Of a stretch of DNA of 64,000 nt, positions 1 to 8,662 are shown piece by piece. Each line of letters opens with the position of its first letter. Within the stretch, counting starts at the first letter, position 1. A program made the position numbers and the translations under genes. Location of the stretch: the NCBI GenBank assembly GCA_947085095.1, contig CAMTVD010000004.1, forward strand, positions 70,329-134,328. Reading direction: 5' to 3'. Under the pieces are notes generated by a model that saw only the letters and a program-made list of their open reading frames with translations, did no database searches and was not told the DNA's origin. This DNA is from an uncultured Thermus sp. GTDB lineage: Bacteria; Deinococcota; Deinococci; Deinococcales; Thermaceae.

Positions 1-504
1 CCCCCCCACCTCGTGGGCCAGGACCTCCAGAAAACCCCGGTCGGGGTGGGGGGCGCAGGCCTCCAGGTGGCCCCTGAGCCCGGGAAGCTCCACCCTGAGG
101 CCCTCGCACTCGCTCCCCGCCCTTACCCCCTCCACCTCCAGGGCCAAGGGATGGCCCAGACTCTCTTCCAGGACCCGGGCTACGCGGTGGACGGCCTCCT
201 CGAGGTTCTGGCTCTCCAAGGCCTCGCGGAATACCCGCCCCGCTGCCAAAAGCCTCCGGTTAGCCTCCTCCAAGGCCCTCTCCGCCCGGGCCCTTTCCAG
301 CACCTCTTGGGCGATCCACTCCAAGACGGCATAGGTGACCAGAGGCCCCACCAGGCCGTAAAAGCCCAGGCGGAACCAAAGGGCAAAGTCCTGGTGGCGG
401 TAGGGCAGAAGGGCCAGCTCAACGACCACCACCACCAGGGCGATGGCCGGGGGGAGGAGGCGTTGCGCCAAGCGCACCAGGAGAAGCAGGTTCTGGCTAG
501 CCAT
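1..504 (-). CDS. Partial CDS running off the window: membrane protein with 2 TM helices, a coiled coil and a GAF-like region, probably a sensor kinase N-terminus
   Basis: Manual translation from ATG 504, overlapping the trmJ stop: MASQNLLLLVRLAQRLLPPAIALVVVVVELALL...FYGLVGPLVTYAVLEWIAQEVLERARAERALEEANRRL..., open to base 1. Not in the ORF track. Kinase domain not visible. Confidence 0.55.
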   Translation of the reverse strand, partial: MASQNLLLLVRLAQRLLPPAIALVVVVVELALLPYRHQDFALWFRLGFYGLVGPLVTYAVLEWIAQEVLERARAERALEEANRRLLAAGRVFREALESQNLEEAVHRVARVLEESLGHPLALEVEGVRAGSECEGLRVELPGLRGHLEACAPHPDRGFLEVLAHEVGG

Positions 505-1255
505 CTCTCTTCCCCATCTGGTAGCGGCTTTGGTGGAGGAGGCCCCTTAGCATCTGGACCTCCCCGGGGCTGAGCCTGGCCTTGTGGAAAATGCGCCTCA
601 AGCGGCGCATGGCGTAGGGAAAGCGCTTCTCGTCGGTGAAGCCGATCTCCAAGATGTAGCGCCCCAGGTCGGCAAAGAGGCCCTCGAGGGCCGAGGTCTC
701 CGCCAACACCTCCTTCCCTACCCCAGGCCCAGCCGCCGAAGCAGAACCCTCCTGCAACGCCGCCCGGAAGAGCTCGTAGGCGAAGACGACCACCGCCTGG
801 GCCAGGTTCAAGGAGGGTTGCTCCGGGGCGGTGGGGATGGTGCCGATCACGTGGGCCAGGTCCAGCTCCTCGTTGGTGAGGCCAAAAGTCTCCCGGCCGA
901 AGACCAAGGCCACCTCCCCCTTCACCGGCAGGACATGCCCGGGCACCTCCCAAACGGGAACCACCGGGGCCGGGTAAAGCTCCCGGGGTCTCCCCGTGGT
1001 GGCCACCACCAGGCGCACCCCGGTCAAGGCCTCCCTTAGATTCCCCACGGCCACCGCCTGGTCCAGGACCTCCTCCGCATGCACCGCAACCCAGTAGGCC
1101 TCCCTGGCCCAGGGGGGGCCCACACGGGAAGAGGGGTTGACCACGTACAGTCGGGAAAGCCCAAAGTTGCGCATGGCCCGGGCCACCGCTCCCAGGTTCA
1201 TGGGCTCCTGGGGCTCCACCAGCACCACCCGCACGCGATCCAGAACCCCCTTCAT
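497..1255 (-). CDS. trmJ: TrmJ/LasT-family SPOUT RNA methyltransferase
   Basis: Motifs VVLVEPQEPMNLGAVARAMRNFG, ALVFGRETFGL and SLNLAQAV. Start at ATG 1255 overlaps the PBP stop. Confidence 0.85.
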   Translation of the reverse strand: MKGVLDRVRVVLVEPQEPMNLGAVARAMRNFGLSRLYVVNPSSRVGPPWAREAYWVAVHAEEVLDQAVAVGNLREALTGVRLVVATTGRPRELYPAPVVPVWEVPGHVLPVKGEVALVFGRETFGLTNEELDLAHVIGTIPTAPEQPSLNLAQAVVVFAYELFRAALQEGSASAAGPGVGKEVLAETSALEGLFADLGRYILEIGFTDEKRFPYAMRRLRRIFHKARLSPGEVQMLRGLLHQSRYQMGKRDG

Positions 1256-3357
1256 GGCCTCTCCTCCGAAGGGGCCTCGGGGACGGCCTCCGCCCCGGGG
1301 GTAGCCGGGGGAGGCTCGGCAGAAGGCGCTTCCAAAGGCGGTGGCGGCGGCACAGGCACTCCCCTGGCGGGGAAGGCCATCTCTATCCCGTTGGGGGAGA
1401 GGTAGCCCGAAACCAGGTCCACCCGCGCCTTGACCAGACCCGGGGGCAGGGGGATATCCCCGGCGGGCCGGCCCCTGAGGGCCTCGGCCACAAAGTCCCG
1501 CCAGATGGGAGGGTTCACCACCGAGCTGGAGGGCTCCCGCCCCCCCAGGCGCAAGGGACGGTTGTCGTCCCGCCCCACCCAGACCACGGCGGAAAGCCCC
1601 CTGGTCACTCCGGCGAACCACAGGTCCCGGGCCTCGTTGGTGGTGCCGGTCTTGCCCCCCACCACCCTCCCGGGAACGCGGGCCCTCTTGGCAAGCCCCT
1701 TCTCCCCCAGGTCGTACACGTAGCCCTTGAGGAGATCCCAGCCCTGGTAGGCCACCAGGGGGTCAAAGAGGCGGCGGCGCTCCGGGGTGGCGCGGTAAAG
1801 CACCTGTCCCCTTGCGTCCTCCACCCGCTCCACGAAGATGGGAGCCACCCGGTACCCCCCGTTCACAAAGGCGGCATAGGCGGCGGCCAGGTCTATGGGG
1901 GTGACGGATGCCCCCCCGATGGCGATGGCCAGGGTGGGGTAGCGCACGGCGAAGCCCGCCTGGGCGAGCTTTTCCGCCACCTTCTCCACCCCCACCTGGT
2001 GGGCGGTGTACACGGCGGGCAGGTTCAGGGAGAGGTCCAGGGCGTAGCGCACGGTAACGCTCTGGTTTAGGAAGGTTCCCGAGAAGTTCTTGGGCCGCCA
2101 GATCCCCCCGGGCTGGCTCGGGTCGGAGAACTCTAGGGGGCGGTCGGGCACCAGGGTGGCCTGGGTCCAGCCCGCCTCAAAGGCGGTGGCGTAGACAAAG
2201 GGCTTCACCGCGCTCCCTGGGTTCCGAAGAGCCCGGGTGGCGCGGTTGTACTCATCGCCCTCCCGCCTCACCCCCCCCACCAGGGCCAGAACCTCCCCGG
2301 TCTCCGGGTCCAGGGCCACGAGGGCGAGGTCGGCCCCCTCCGGCAGGCGTGCCCTCGAGGCCGCGGCCTCCGCCGCCCGCTGCATGGCGGGGTCCAGGGT
2401 GGTGTAGACCCTCAAGCCCCCCTCCCCGTAGACCTTTTCCTTGCCGAAGCGGGCCTCGAGGAACCGCCGCACCTCCAGCACAAAGTGCGGGGCCATGCGG
2501 GGGTCCAGCGGTCGCACCAGCCGGGCCTCGGGGTCCGCAAGCTCGGCTTCCAGGAGGTTTCCTTCCCCGTCATAGCGGACCCGCCAGCCCCGGGGGGCGA
2601 GGGGCTCCCGCCAGGCAGCTTCGGCCACCTCCCGGCTCACCCAGCCCTCGGCCACCATCTCCTCCAGTAGGCGGCGCATCCGCTCCCGCACCCCCTTGAG
2701 GTCCCCGTAGCGGGCGTTGGGGGCGGGCACCAAGGAGGCCAAGTAGAGCCCCTCGGCCAGGGTCAGGGCCCCGGGGTCCTTGCCAAAGTAGGCCTCGGCC
2801 GCCCCCCCAAGCCCCACCGCGTTCCCTCCCCAGGGCACCACGTTCAGGTACATCTCCAGGATCTCTTCCTTGGTGTAGCGGCGCTCCAGCTCCAGGGCCA
2901 GGGCCCACTCCTTGACCTTGCGCTCCAGGGTCCTCTCCTGGGCCAGGTCCTTGAGGAGGGTGTTCTTGATGACCTGGGTGGTGATGGTGCTTCCCCCCTG
3001 GAGATCCCCCCGGAGCACGGCGTAGAGGGCCCCAAAGAGGCGGAGGAAGTCCACCCCGTAGTGCTGGAAATAGCGGCGGTCCTCAGAGAAGACCAGGGCG
3101 GCCAAGGCGGCGGGGGACACCTGGGAAAGGCGCACCAGGCCCCGGTGGATGGCCCGCCCCTCCTCCACGCTGGCCAGCTGGGCCAGCAAAGACCCGTCCC
3201 TGGCGAAAAGGGTGGAGGTGGCGGTGAGGCGCAGGCGGTCCAGCTGGGAAAGGTCCGGCAGGCCCCGGGTGTAGGCGTAGGCGATGTAACCCAAGGCCAG
3301 CCCTACTCCCAGAAGGAGAGCGAGGAGCAGGAGGGCCAAAAAGCGAAGCCAGCGCAC
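1252..3357 (-). CDS. Class A penicillin-binding protein (transglycosylase/transpeptidase, PBP1A-like)
   Basis: N-terminal TM, SEDRRYFQH and GGSTITTQ transglycosylase motifs, SAVK (SxxK), SLN and KTG. GTG 3357 chosen because TAAACT lies 7 nt upstream. Confidence 0.9.
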   Translation of the reverse strand: MRWLRFLALLLLALLLGVGLALGYIAYAYTRGLPDLSQLDRLRLTATSTLFARDGSLLAQLASVEEGRAIHRGLVRLSQVSPAALAALVFSEDRRYFQHYGVDFLRLFGALYAVLRGDLQGGSTITTQVIKNTLLKDLAQERTLERKVKEWALALELERRYTKEEILEMYLNVVPWGGNAVGLGGAAEAYFGKDPGALTLAEGLYLASLVPAPNARYGDLKGVRERMRRLLEEMVAEGWVSREVAEAAWREPLAPRGWRVRYDGEGNLLEAELADPEARLVRPLDPRMAPHFVLEVRRFLEARFGKEKVYGEGGLRVYTTLDPAMQRAAEAAASRARLPEGADLALVALDPETGEVLALVGGVRREGDEYNRATRALRNPGSAVKPFVYATAFEAGWTQATLVPDRPLEFSDPSQPGGIWRPKNFSGTFLNQSVTVRYALDLSLNLPAVYTAHQVGVEKVAEKLAQAGFAVRYPTLAIAIGGASVTPIDLAAAYAAFVNGGYRVAPIFVERVEDARGQVLYRATPERRRLFDPLVAYQGWDLLKGYVYDLGEKGLAKRARVPGRVVGGKTGTTNEARDLWFAGVTRGLSAVVWVGRDDNRPLRLGGREPSSSVVNPPIWRDFVAEALRGRPAGDIPLPPGLVKARVDLVSGYLSPNGIEMAFPARGVPVPPPPPLEAPSAEPPPATPGAEAVPEAPSEERP

Positions 3358-3385
3358 GGCCTTCAGTTTACCCAAGAGCGGGGCT

Positions 3386-3748
3386 TCAGGAAGCTAAGCC
3401 CAGAAAGCGGTAGAGCTTCTCCCGGGTAAGGGGTTTCTCTAGGGCCACAACCCGCACCACCTCCGCGGTGGTGCGGAGCTTTTCCGTAGGGGGGATGAGC
3501 ACGGCCAAGGGCACCGACTTCAAGCGCTTCACGTGGCGGATGCGGGCGGCCACGGCAAAAGGGTCCACGTCCAGATCCTCGTCCAAAAGGATGTGGCGCG
3601 GCGTGTTCTCCACCAACCAAAAAAGGCCTTCCCGGGCCGAGTCAAAGTAACGAACGGGAATCCCCCGTTCCGCAAGGACGAGCTCCGTATAGGCCCTGAG
3701 GGCCTCGTTGCGGCTTAATAAGAGGAGGCCTGGATACTCCGCCGCCAC
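3386..3748 (-). CDS. Stand-alone receiver-like (CheY-fold) protein, atypical
   Basis: ILLDEDL and ALEKPL motifs. TAAACT lies 6 nt before the GTG. Confidence 0.6.
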   Translation of the reverse strand: MAAEYPGLLLLSRNEALRAYTELVLAERGIPVRYFDSAREGLFWLVENTPRHILLDEDLDVDPFAVAARIRHVKRLKSVPLAVLIPPTEKLRTTAEVVRVVALEKPLTREKLYRFLGLAS

Positions 3749-3791
3749 GGGGCCAGTTTACGGGGGCTTTGCGAAAAAGGCGTGAAAAAAC

Positions 3792-3865
3792 TGGCTGGGG
3801 CGCGTGGACTCGAACCACGACCGGCGGATCCAAAGTCCGCTGTCCTGCCATTAGACGACGCCCCA
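3792..3865 (-). tRNA. tRNA-Gln (TTG)
   Basis: Minus strand reads TGGGGCG...GCGGA-CTTTGGA-TCCGC...GGTTCGAGTCC...CGCCCCA-GCCA. Cloverleaf with anticodon TTG and encoded CCA. Confidence 0.97.
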
Positions 3866-3878
3866 GCGGCCAAGGGAG

Positions 3879-3907
3879 ATTGTAGGGCAAAAGGGGCTTG
3901 TCGTCAA
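3879..3907 (-). promoter_or_regulatory. Sigma70-type promoter of tRNA-Gln
   Basis: TTGACG (3902-3907), 17 bp spacer, TACAAT (3879-3884). The -35 overlaps the ychF stop. Confidence 0.75.
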
Positions 3908-5010
3908 ACGTGGAAGAGGATATAGAGGACATCCCCGTCCTGGACCTCGTAGTCCTTGCCCTCGAGGCGCACCCAGCCCCGCTCCTTGGCCCTGGCCCAC
4001 CCCCCGGCCTCCACCAGCCTGTCCCAGGGGATGACCTCGGCCCGGATAAAGCCCCTCTCCATGTCCGAGTGGATCTCCCCCGCGGCCTGGGGGGCCTTGG
4101 TGCCCCGCCGCACCGTCCAGGCCCGCACCTCCTTCTCCCCAGCGGTGAAGAAGGTGAGGAGGTCCAAGGCCCGGTAGCCCGCCCGGGCCAGGCGCTTTAG
4201 GCCGCTTTCCTTCAGGCCATAGGCAGCGAGGAGCTCCCTGGCCTCCTCCTCGGAAAGCTCGGCAAGCTCCGCCTCCAGCCTGGCGGAGACCACCACCACC
4301 TCACCCCCTTCCCCCTCCGCCCTCGCCCGAAGGGCGGCCACGTGGGGGTTTCCCGCCCCCTCGGGCAGGTCCTCCTCGGCCACGTTGGCCACGTAGATCA
4401 CCGGCTTGGCGGTGAGGAGAGGGGTCTCCTTGAGGAGGCGGCGGGCCTCCTCGGAAAGGGGAAAGGTACGGGCAGGCTTCCCCTCGCTCAGGTGGGCGTG
4501 GAGGGCCTCGGCAGCCTCCAGAAGGGGCGCCACCTCCCGGTTGGCCCGGGCCTCCTTCCTCAGGCGTTCTAGGCGCCTCTCCCAGGAGGCCAGATCCGCC
4601 AGGAGAAGCTCGGTTTCCACCACCTCCACGTCCTCTAAAGGGTCCACCCGGCCCATCACGTGGACCACGTTGGGGTCGGGAAAGCAGCGCACCACGTGGG
4701 CGATGGCCGCCACCTCGCGGATGTGGGCCAGGAACTGGTTGCCAAGCCCCTCCCCCTTGTGGGCCCCCTTCACCAGGCCGGCGATGTCCACGAACTCCAC
4801 GTGGGTGGGTACCACCGGGGGTAGGCGCTCCCCCTTGGCAAAGGTCTTCTGCAGGGCGTAAAGGCGGGGGTCCTCCAGGGCCACCACCCCCACGTTCTTG
4901 TCAATGGTGGCGAAGGGGTAGTTGGCGGCCAGGGCCCCGGCCCGGGTGAGGGCGTTGAACAGGGTGGATTTGCCCACGTTGGGTAGACCGACGATTCCTA
5001 CGGCAAGCAT
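3904..5010 (-). CDS. ychF: Redox-regulated ATPase YchF (Obg family)
   Basis: GIVGLPNVGKST, NYPFATI, DIAGLVKGA and a C-terminal TGS domain. Confidence 0.96.
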   Translation of the reverse strand: MLAVGIVGLPNVGKSTLFNALTRAGALAANYPFATIDKNVGVVALEDPRLYALQKTFAKGERLPPVVPTHVEFVDIAGLVKGAHKGEGLGNQFLAHIREVAAIAHVVRCFPDPNVVHVMGRVDPLEDVEVVETELLLADLASWERRLERLRKEARANREVAPLLEAAEALHAHLSEGKPARTFPLSEEARRLLKETPLLTAKPVIYVANVAEEDLPEGAGNPHVAALRARAEGEGGEVVVVSARLEAELAELSEEEARELLAAYGLKESGLKRLARAGYRALDLLTFFTAGEKEVRAWTVRRGTKAPQAAGEIHSDMERGFIRAEVIPWDRLVEAGGWARAKERGWVRLEGKDYEVQDGDVLYILFHV

Positions 5011-5106
5011 CTTGACCTCAAAAAAAGCCCCATTCGGGGCTTCCCCTTATCCTAGCACAAGGCCGCCTAGCCTTCTCAGCCTGGCGGCCCCTATGATGGT
5101 CAAGGT

Positions 5107-5766
5107 ATGGACCTGGCCGCCCACATTGACCACACCCTCCTCAAGCCCACCGCCACCCCGGAAGAAGTCTTGAAGGCGGCGGAAGAGGCCCTGGAATACG
5201 GCTTTTTCGGCCTCTGCATCCCCCCCTCTTACGTGGGCCTGGTACGTCAGGCCTACCCCCACGCCCCCTTCCGCCTGGTGACCGTGGTGGGCTTCCCCCT
5301 GGGCTACCAGGAGAAAGAGGTGAAGGCCCTCGAGGCCGCCCTGGCCTTCGCCCGGGGCGCGGAGGAGGTGGACATGGTCCTCCACCTGGGCCGGGCCAAG
5401 GCGGGAGACCTGGCCTATCTGGAGGCGGAGGTCCAGGCGGTGCGCCAGGCGGTGCCCAAGGCGGTCCTTAAGGTCATCCTGGAAACAGGATACTTTTCCG
5501 AGGAGGAGGTCCGGAGCATGGCCGAGGCGGCCATCCGGGGTGGGGCGGACTTCCTCAAGACCTCCACGGGCTTTGGTCCTAGAGGGGCCAGCCCAGAGGA
5601 CGTGGCCCTCCTCCTGGAGGTGGCCCGGGGCCGGGCCCAGGTGAAGGCGGCCGGGGGCATCCGGGACCGGGAGACGGCCCTCAGGTTTCTGGAAATGGGG
5701 GCCACCCGCCTCGGCACCTCCAGCGGCGTGGCCCTGGTGCGAGGGAAGGAAGGGCATGGGTACTAA
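5107..5766 (+). CDS. deoC: Deoxyribose-phosphate aldolase
   Basis: IDHTLLKP, VGFPLG, LKVILET, FLKTSTGF, VKAAGGIR and RLGTS. Confidence 0.96.
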   Translation: MDLAAHIDHTLLKPTATPEEVLKAAEEALEYGFFGLCIPPSYVGLVRQAYPHAPFRLVTVVGFPLGYQEKEVKALEAALAFARGAEEVDMVLHLGRAKAGDLAYLEAEVQAVRQAVPKAVLKVILETGYFSEEEVRSMAEAAIRGGADFLKTSTGFGPRGASPEDVALLLEVARGRAQVKAAGGIRDRETALRFLEMGATRLGTSSGVALVRGKEGHGY

Positions 5767-6895
5767 AAGGCGGAAAAGGAAAGAGATCGCCGGGCTTCCC
5801 GGCTACCTGGTCCTCCTGGTCCTCCTCCTGGTCTGGCTCTTCCAGGAACTCCGCCCTGGCCCTTCTCCCTCAGCCCCCCCGGAAACCGGGCAGGCGGAGG
5901 TCTACTTCATGCCCCAGGAGGGGGAAAAGGCCAAGGCCAGGCTCCTTTTCCTGATGGAGGGGGCCAAGGAAAGCCTCCGGGGGGCCTTCTACGAGTTCCG
6001 CGACCTAGAGGTGGCCAGGGGCCTCCTCGAGGCCAAGAGGCGGGGGGTGAGGGTGGAGATCTACGGGGAAAGCGACTACCGGCAGGACTTCCGCCGCTAC
6101 CTGGTGGCGGCGAGCCTGGGCCAGACCCAGGAGCCCCCCAGGGTGGCCCAGGCGGCCTTGCGGGAGAGGGTCCGCCCCATCTCCATAGACTGCGAGGAGA
6201 TCGCGGGCATCCCCGTCTGCTTTGACGAGCGGGAAGGCTTCATGCACCACAAGTTCCTGGTGGTGGACGGGAAGGCGGTGTGGACGGGGAGCGCCAACAT
6301 GACCTGGAACGCCTTCGCCCGCAATAACGAAAACAGCCTCCTCCTCCCTTCCCCCACCCTGGCTGCGGGCTACTTAGAGGAGTTCCAGGCCCTTTTCGGG
6401 GGCGAGAAAGTGGGCCTGGGGAAGCCCGTAGCCTTCCGGCTGGAGGACCCCTTGGTGGAGGGGACCGCCTATTTTAGCCCTAAAGGGGGAACGGAGGGGA
6501 GGCAGGCCCTTTTGCAGAGGGTGCGGAAAACCCAGAAGGAGATCCTGGTGGCCGCCTTCGTCCTCACGGACCGGGAGGTAGTGGAGGCCCTCGAGGACGC
6601 CCACCGCCGAGGGGTGGCCCTGAAGGTCCTTCTGGAGACCCGCAACCTCCGGGACAGCCGGGAGGAGGACCTGAGGAAGGCGGGGATCCCCGTGCGCCAG
6701 GACGGCAACCCCTACACCATGCACCACAAGGTGATGGTCCTGGACGGGGAGTGGCTGGTGACGGGGAGCTACAACTTCTCCGCCCGGGCCTGGCAGGTGA
6801 ACAACGAAAACCTCCTGGTTCTGCGGAGCCCCAGCCTGGCCGGGCGCTTTCGGGAGGAGGTCCTAAGGCTATGGGAGGAAGGGAAACCCCTTTAG
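5756..6895 (+). CDS. Membrane-anchored phospholipase D-family protein with two HKD domains (Nuc-like)
   Basis: HHKFLVVD...GSAN and HHKVMVLD...GSYN. Basic N-terminus followed by a TM helix. Confidence 0.85.
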   Translation: MGTKRRKRKEIAGLPGYLVLLVLLLVWLFQELRPGPSPSAPPETGQAEVYFMPQEGEKAKARLLFLMEGAKESLRGAFYEFRDLEVARGLLEAKRRGVRVEIYGESDYRQDFRRYLVAASLGQTQEPPRVAQAALRERVRPISIDCEEIAGIPVCFDEREGFMHHKFLVVDGKAVWTGSANMTWNAFARNNENSLLLPSPTLAAGYLEEFQALFGGEKVGLGKPVAFRLEDPLVEGTAYFSPKGGTEGRQALLQRVRKTQKEILVAAFVLTDREVVEALEDAHRRGVALKVLLETRNLRDSREEDLRKAGIPVRQDGNPYTMHHKVMVLDGEWLVTGSYNFSARAWQVNNENLLVLRSPSLAGRFREEVLRLWEEGKPL

Positions 6896-7434
6896 TCCTG
6901 GCCTCGGGGAGCCCCCGGCGGAAGGCCCTCCTCGAGGCCCTGGGCTACCCCCTCTATCTAAAGCCCCCGGGGGTGGCGGAGGAGGACCTGGGGCTACCCC
7001 CCAAGGCCCTGGCCCAGGCCCTGGCCCGCAGAAAGGGGGAAAGCGTGGCCGGGGCCTGGGTCCTGGCCGCCGACACCGTGGTGGACCTGGACGGGAAGGT
7101 CCTGGGCAAGCCCAAGGACCGGGAGGAAAACCGCCATTTCCTGCGCCTCCTCTCGGGGCGGGACCACCTGGTGCACACCGCCCTCTACCTGCGCACCCCC
7201 TTAGACCTGGTGGAGGAGGTGCACACCGCCAAGGTGCGCTTCCGCCCCCTAAGCGAGGAGGAGATCCTCTGGTACGTGAATAGCGGGGAGGGCCTGGACA
7301 AAGCGGGGGGCTACGGGGCCCAGGGTCTGGGCATGGCCCTTATAGAGAGGGTGGAAGGGGACTTCTACACCGTGGTGGGCCTTCCCGTCTCCCGGGTCTT
7401 CGCCCTCCTCTGGGAAAGGGGGTTCCGCCCGTGA
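6871..7434 (+). CDS. maf: Maf-family nucleoside triphosphate pyrophosphatase
   Basis: [20 protein letters not shown] and DKAGGYG. Start at ATG 6871. Confidence 0.92.
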   Translation: MGGRETPLVLASGSPRRKALLEALGYPLYLKPPGVAEEDLGLPPKALAQALARRKGESVAGAWVLAADTVVDLDGKVLGKPKDREENRHFLRLLSGRDHLVHTALYLRTPLDLVEEVHTAKVRFRPLSEEEILWYVNSGEGLDKAGGYGAQGLGMALIERVEGDFYTVVGLPVSRVFALLWERGFRP

Positions 7435-8219
7435 GGGGGGTGGTCCTCCGCCGGGGACTTTTTCTGGCCCTCCTCCTTCTCGGCCTGGGGCTCGCCGCCC
7501 TCACCCGGCCCCTCGCCCCCAAGCTCACCCTCGCCCTCTCCCCCCTCACCGCCCCCCTTCCCGCCCTGGGGTTCCGCCTGGGGCAGAACCTGAAGGCCGC
7601 CTGGGACACCCTCCTTAACCGGCAGGACCTCTACGCGGAAAACCAGGCCCTGAAGGCCAAGCTGCTCCTTCTGGAGGGGGAGAACCGCCGGCTGGCCCTC
7701 GAGGTGGCCCGTCTGGAGAGGGCCCTGGCGGTGCGGCAGGCCCAGGCCCCTGGCCTTTTGGCCGTGGCCCCGGTGATCGGGGAGGACCTCTCCGGGCTCT
7801 ACCGCCGCCTCATCCTGGGCATGGGGGAGCGGGACGGCCTCCGGGTGGGCATGCCCGTCACCGCCCCCGAGGGCCTGGTGGGCCTCATCGTGGAGGTGGA
7901 GGAAAGGAGGGCTTTGGTGCGCACCCTCCTGGACCCAGAAAGCCAGGTGGGGGTGCGGCCGGAGAGGAGCCCGGGGCGGGGGGTGGCCCGCGGCGTGCCC
8001 CCGAACCGCCTGGTGGCGGAGTTCCCCCCCACGGTGAAGCTCTCCCCCGGGGAGCTCCTCCTCACCGGGGCCCCCCTGGGACTTTTCCCCGACGGCATCC
8101 CCGTGGGCAGGATAGAACGGGTGGAGAGGGTCCAGGGGGGCCTCAAGCAACGGGCCTGGGTCCGGCCTTTGGTGGAGCTCTCCCTTCTGGAAGAGGCCAT
8201 GGTCTTGAGGCCCTTATGA
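7431..8219 (+). CDS. mreC: Rod shape-determining protein MreC
   Basis: TM, coiled coil and beta domain ([14 protein letters not shown]). Lies between maf and mreD. Confidence 0.88.
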   Translation: MRGVVLRRGLFLALLLLGLGLAALTRPLAPKLTLALSPLTAPLPALGFRLGQNLKAAWDTLLNRQDLYAENQALKAKLLLLEGENRRLALEVARLERALAVRQAQAPGLLAVAPVIGEDLSGLYRRLILGMGERDGLRVGMPVTAPEGLVGLIVEVEERRALVRTLLDPESQVGVRPERSPGRGVARGVPPNRLVAEFPPTVKLSPGELLLTGAPLGLFPDGIPVGRIERVERVQGGLKQRAWVRPLVELSLLEEAMVLRPL

Positions 8220-8662
8220 GGACGTTTGCCGCCCTGCTCCTCACCCTCTTCCTCGCGGGCCTTCTGGCCGCCCTCTGGCCCGAAGGGGTCATGGCCCCGG
8301 ACCTCTTCCTGGTCCTGGCCCTTTGGTACGCTCAAGGGAGACCCTACTACCTGGGCCTCCCCCTCGCCTTTGGCCTGGGTCTGGTCCAGGACCTCCTGGG
8401 CTTTGGCCTTCTGGGCCTCCATGGGGTAGGTCTGCTCGCCGCCACCTACGCCTACTACGCCGCAAGCCGCCGCCTGACCTCGGGCGAGGGCCTCACCGCC
8501 CTGTTCATCTTTTCCTGGGCTTTTTTGGCCAAGTGGCTGGGCTACTTCCTGGTGGCCTACTGGCTTAGGCTGGAGCTCCCCCCCTTCGTTCCCTTAGACC
8601 TTCTCCTCGAGGGCCTCCTCACCCTGCCCTTCTTCTTCCTGGTCCAGCGCCTCAGACTATGA
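8216..8662 (+). CDS. mreD: Rod shape-determining protein MreD
   Basis: Polytopic membrane protein with PDL and GLVQD motifs, between mreC and PBP2. Confidence 0.82.
   Translation: MRTFAALLLTLFLAGLLAALWPEGVMAPDLFLVLALWYAQGRPYYLGLPLAFGLGLVQDLLGFGLLGLHGVGLLAATYAYYAASRRLTSGEGLTALFIFSWAFLAKWLGYFLVAYWLRLELPPFVPLDLLLEGLLTLPFFFLVQRLRL

Noticed and set aside
3749..3800. tRNA-Gln 3' end as a possible integration site
   Set aside because: No integrase, duplicated tRNA 3' end or compositional island was seen nearby.
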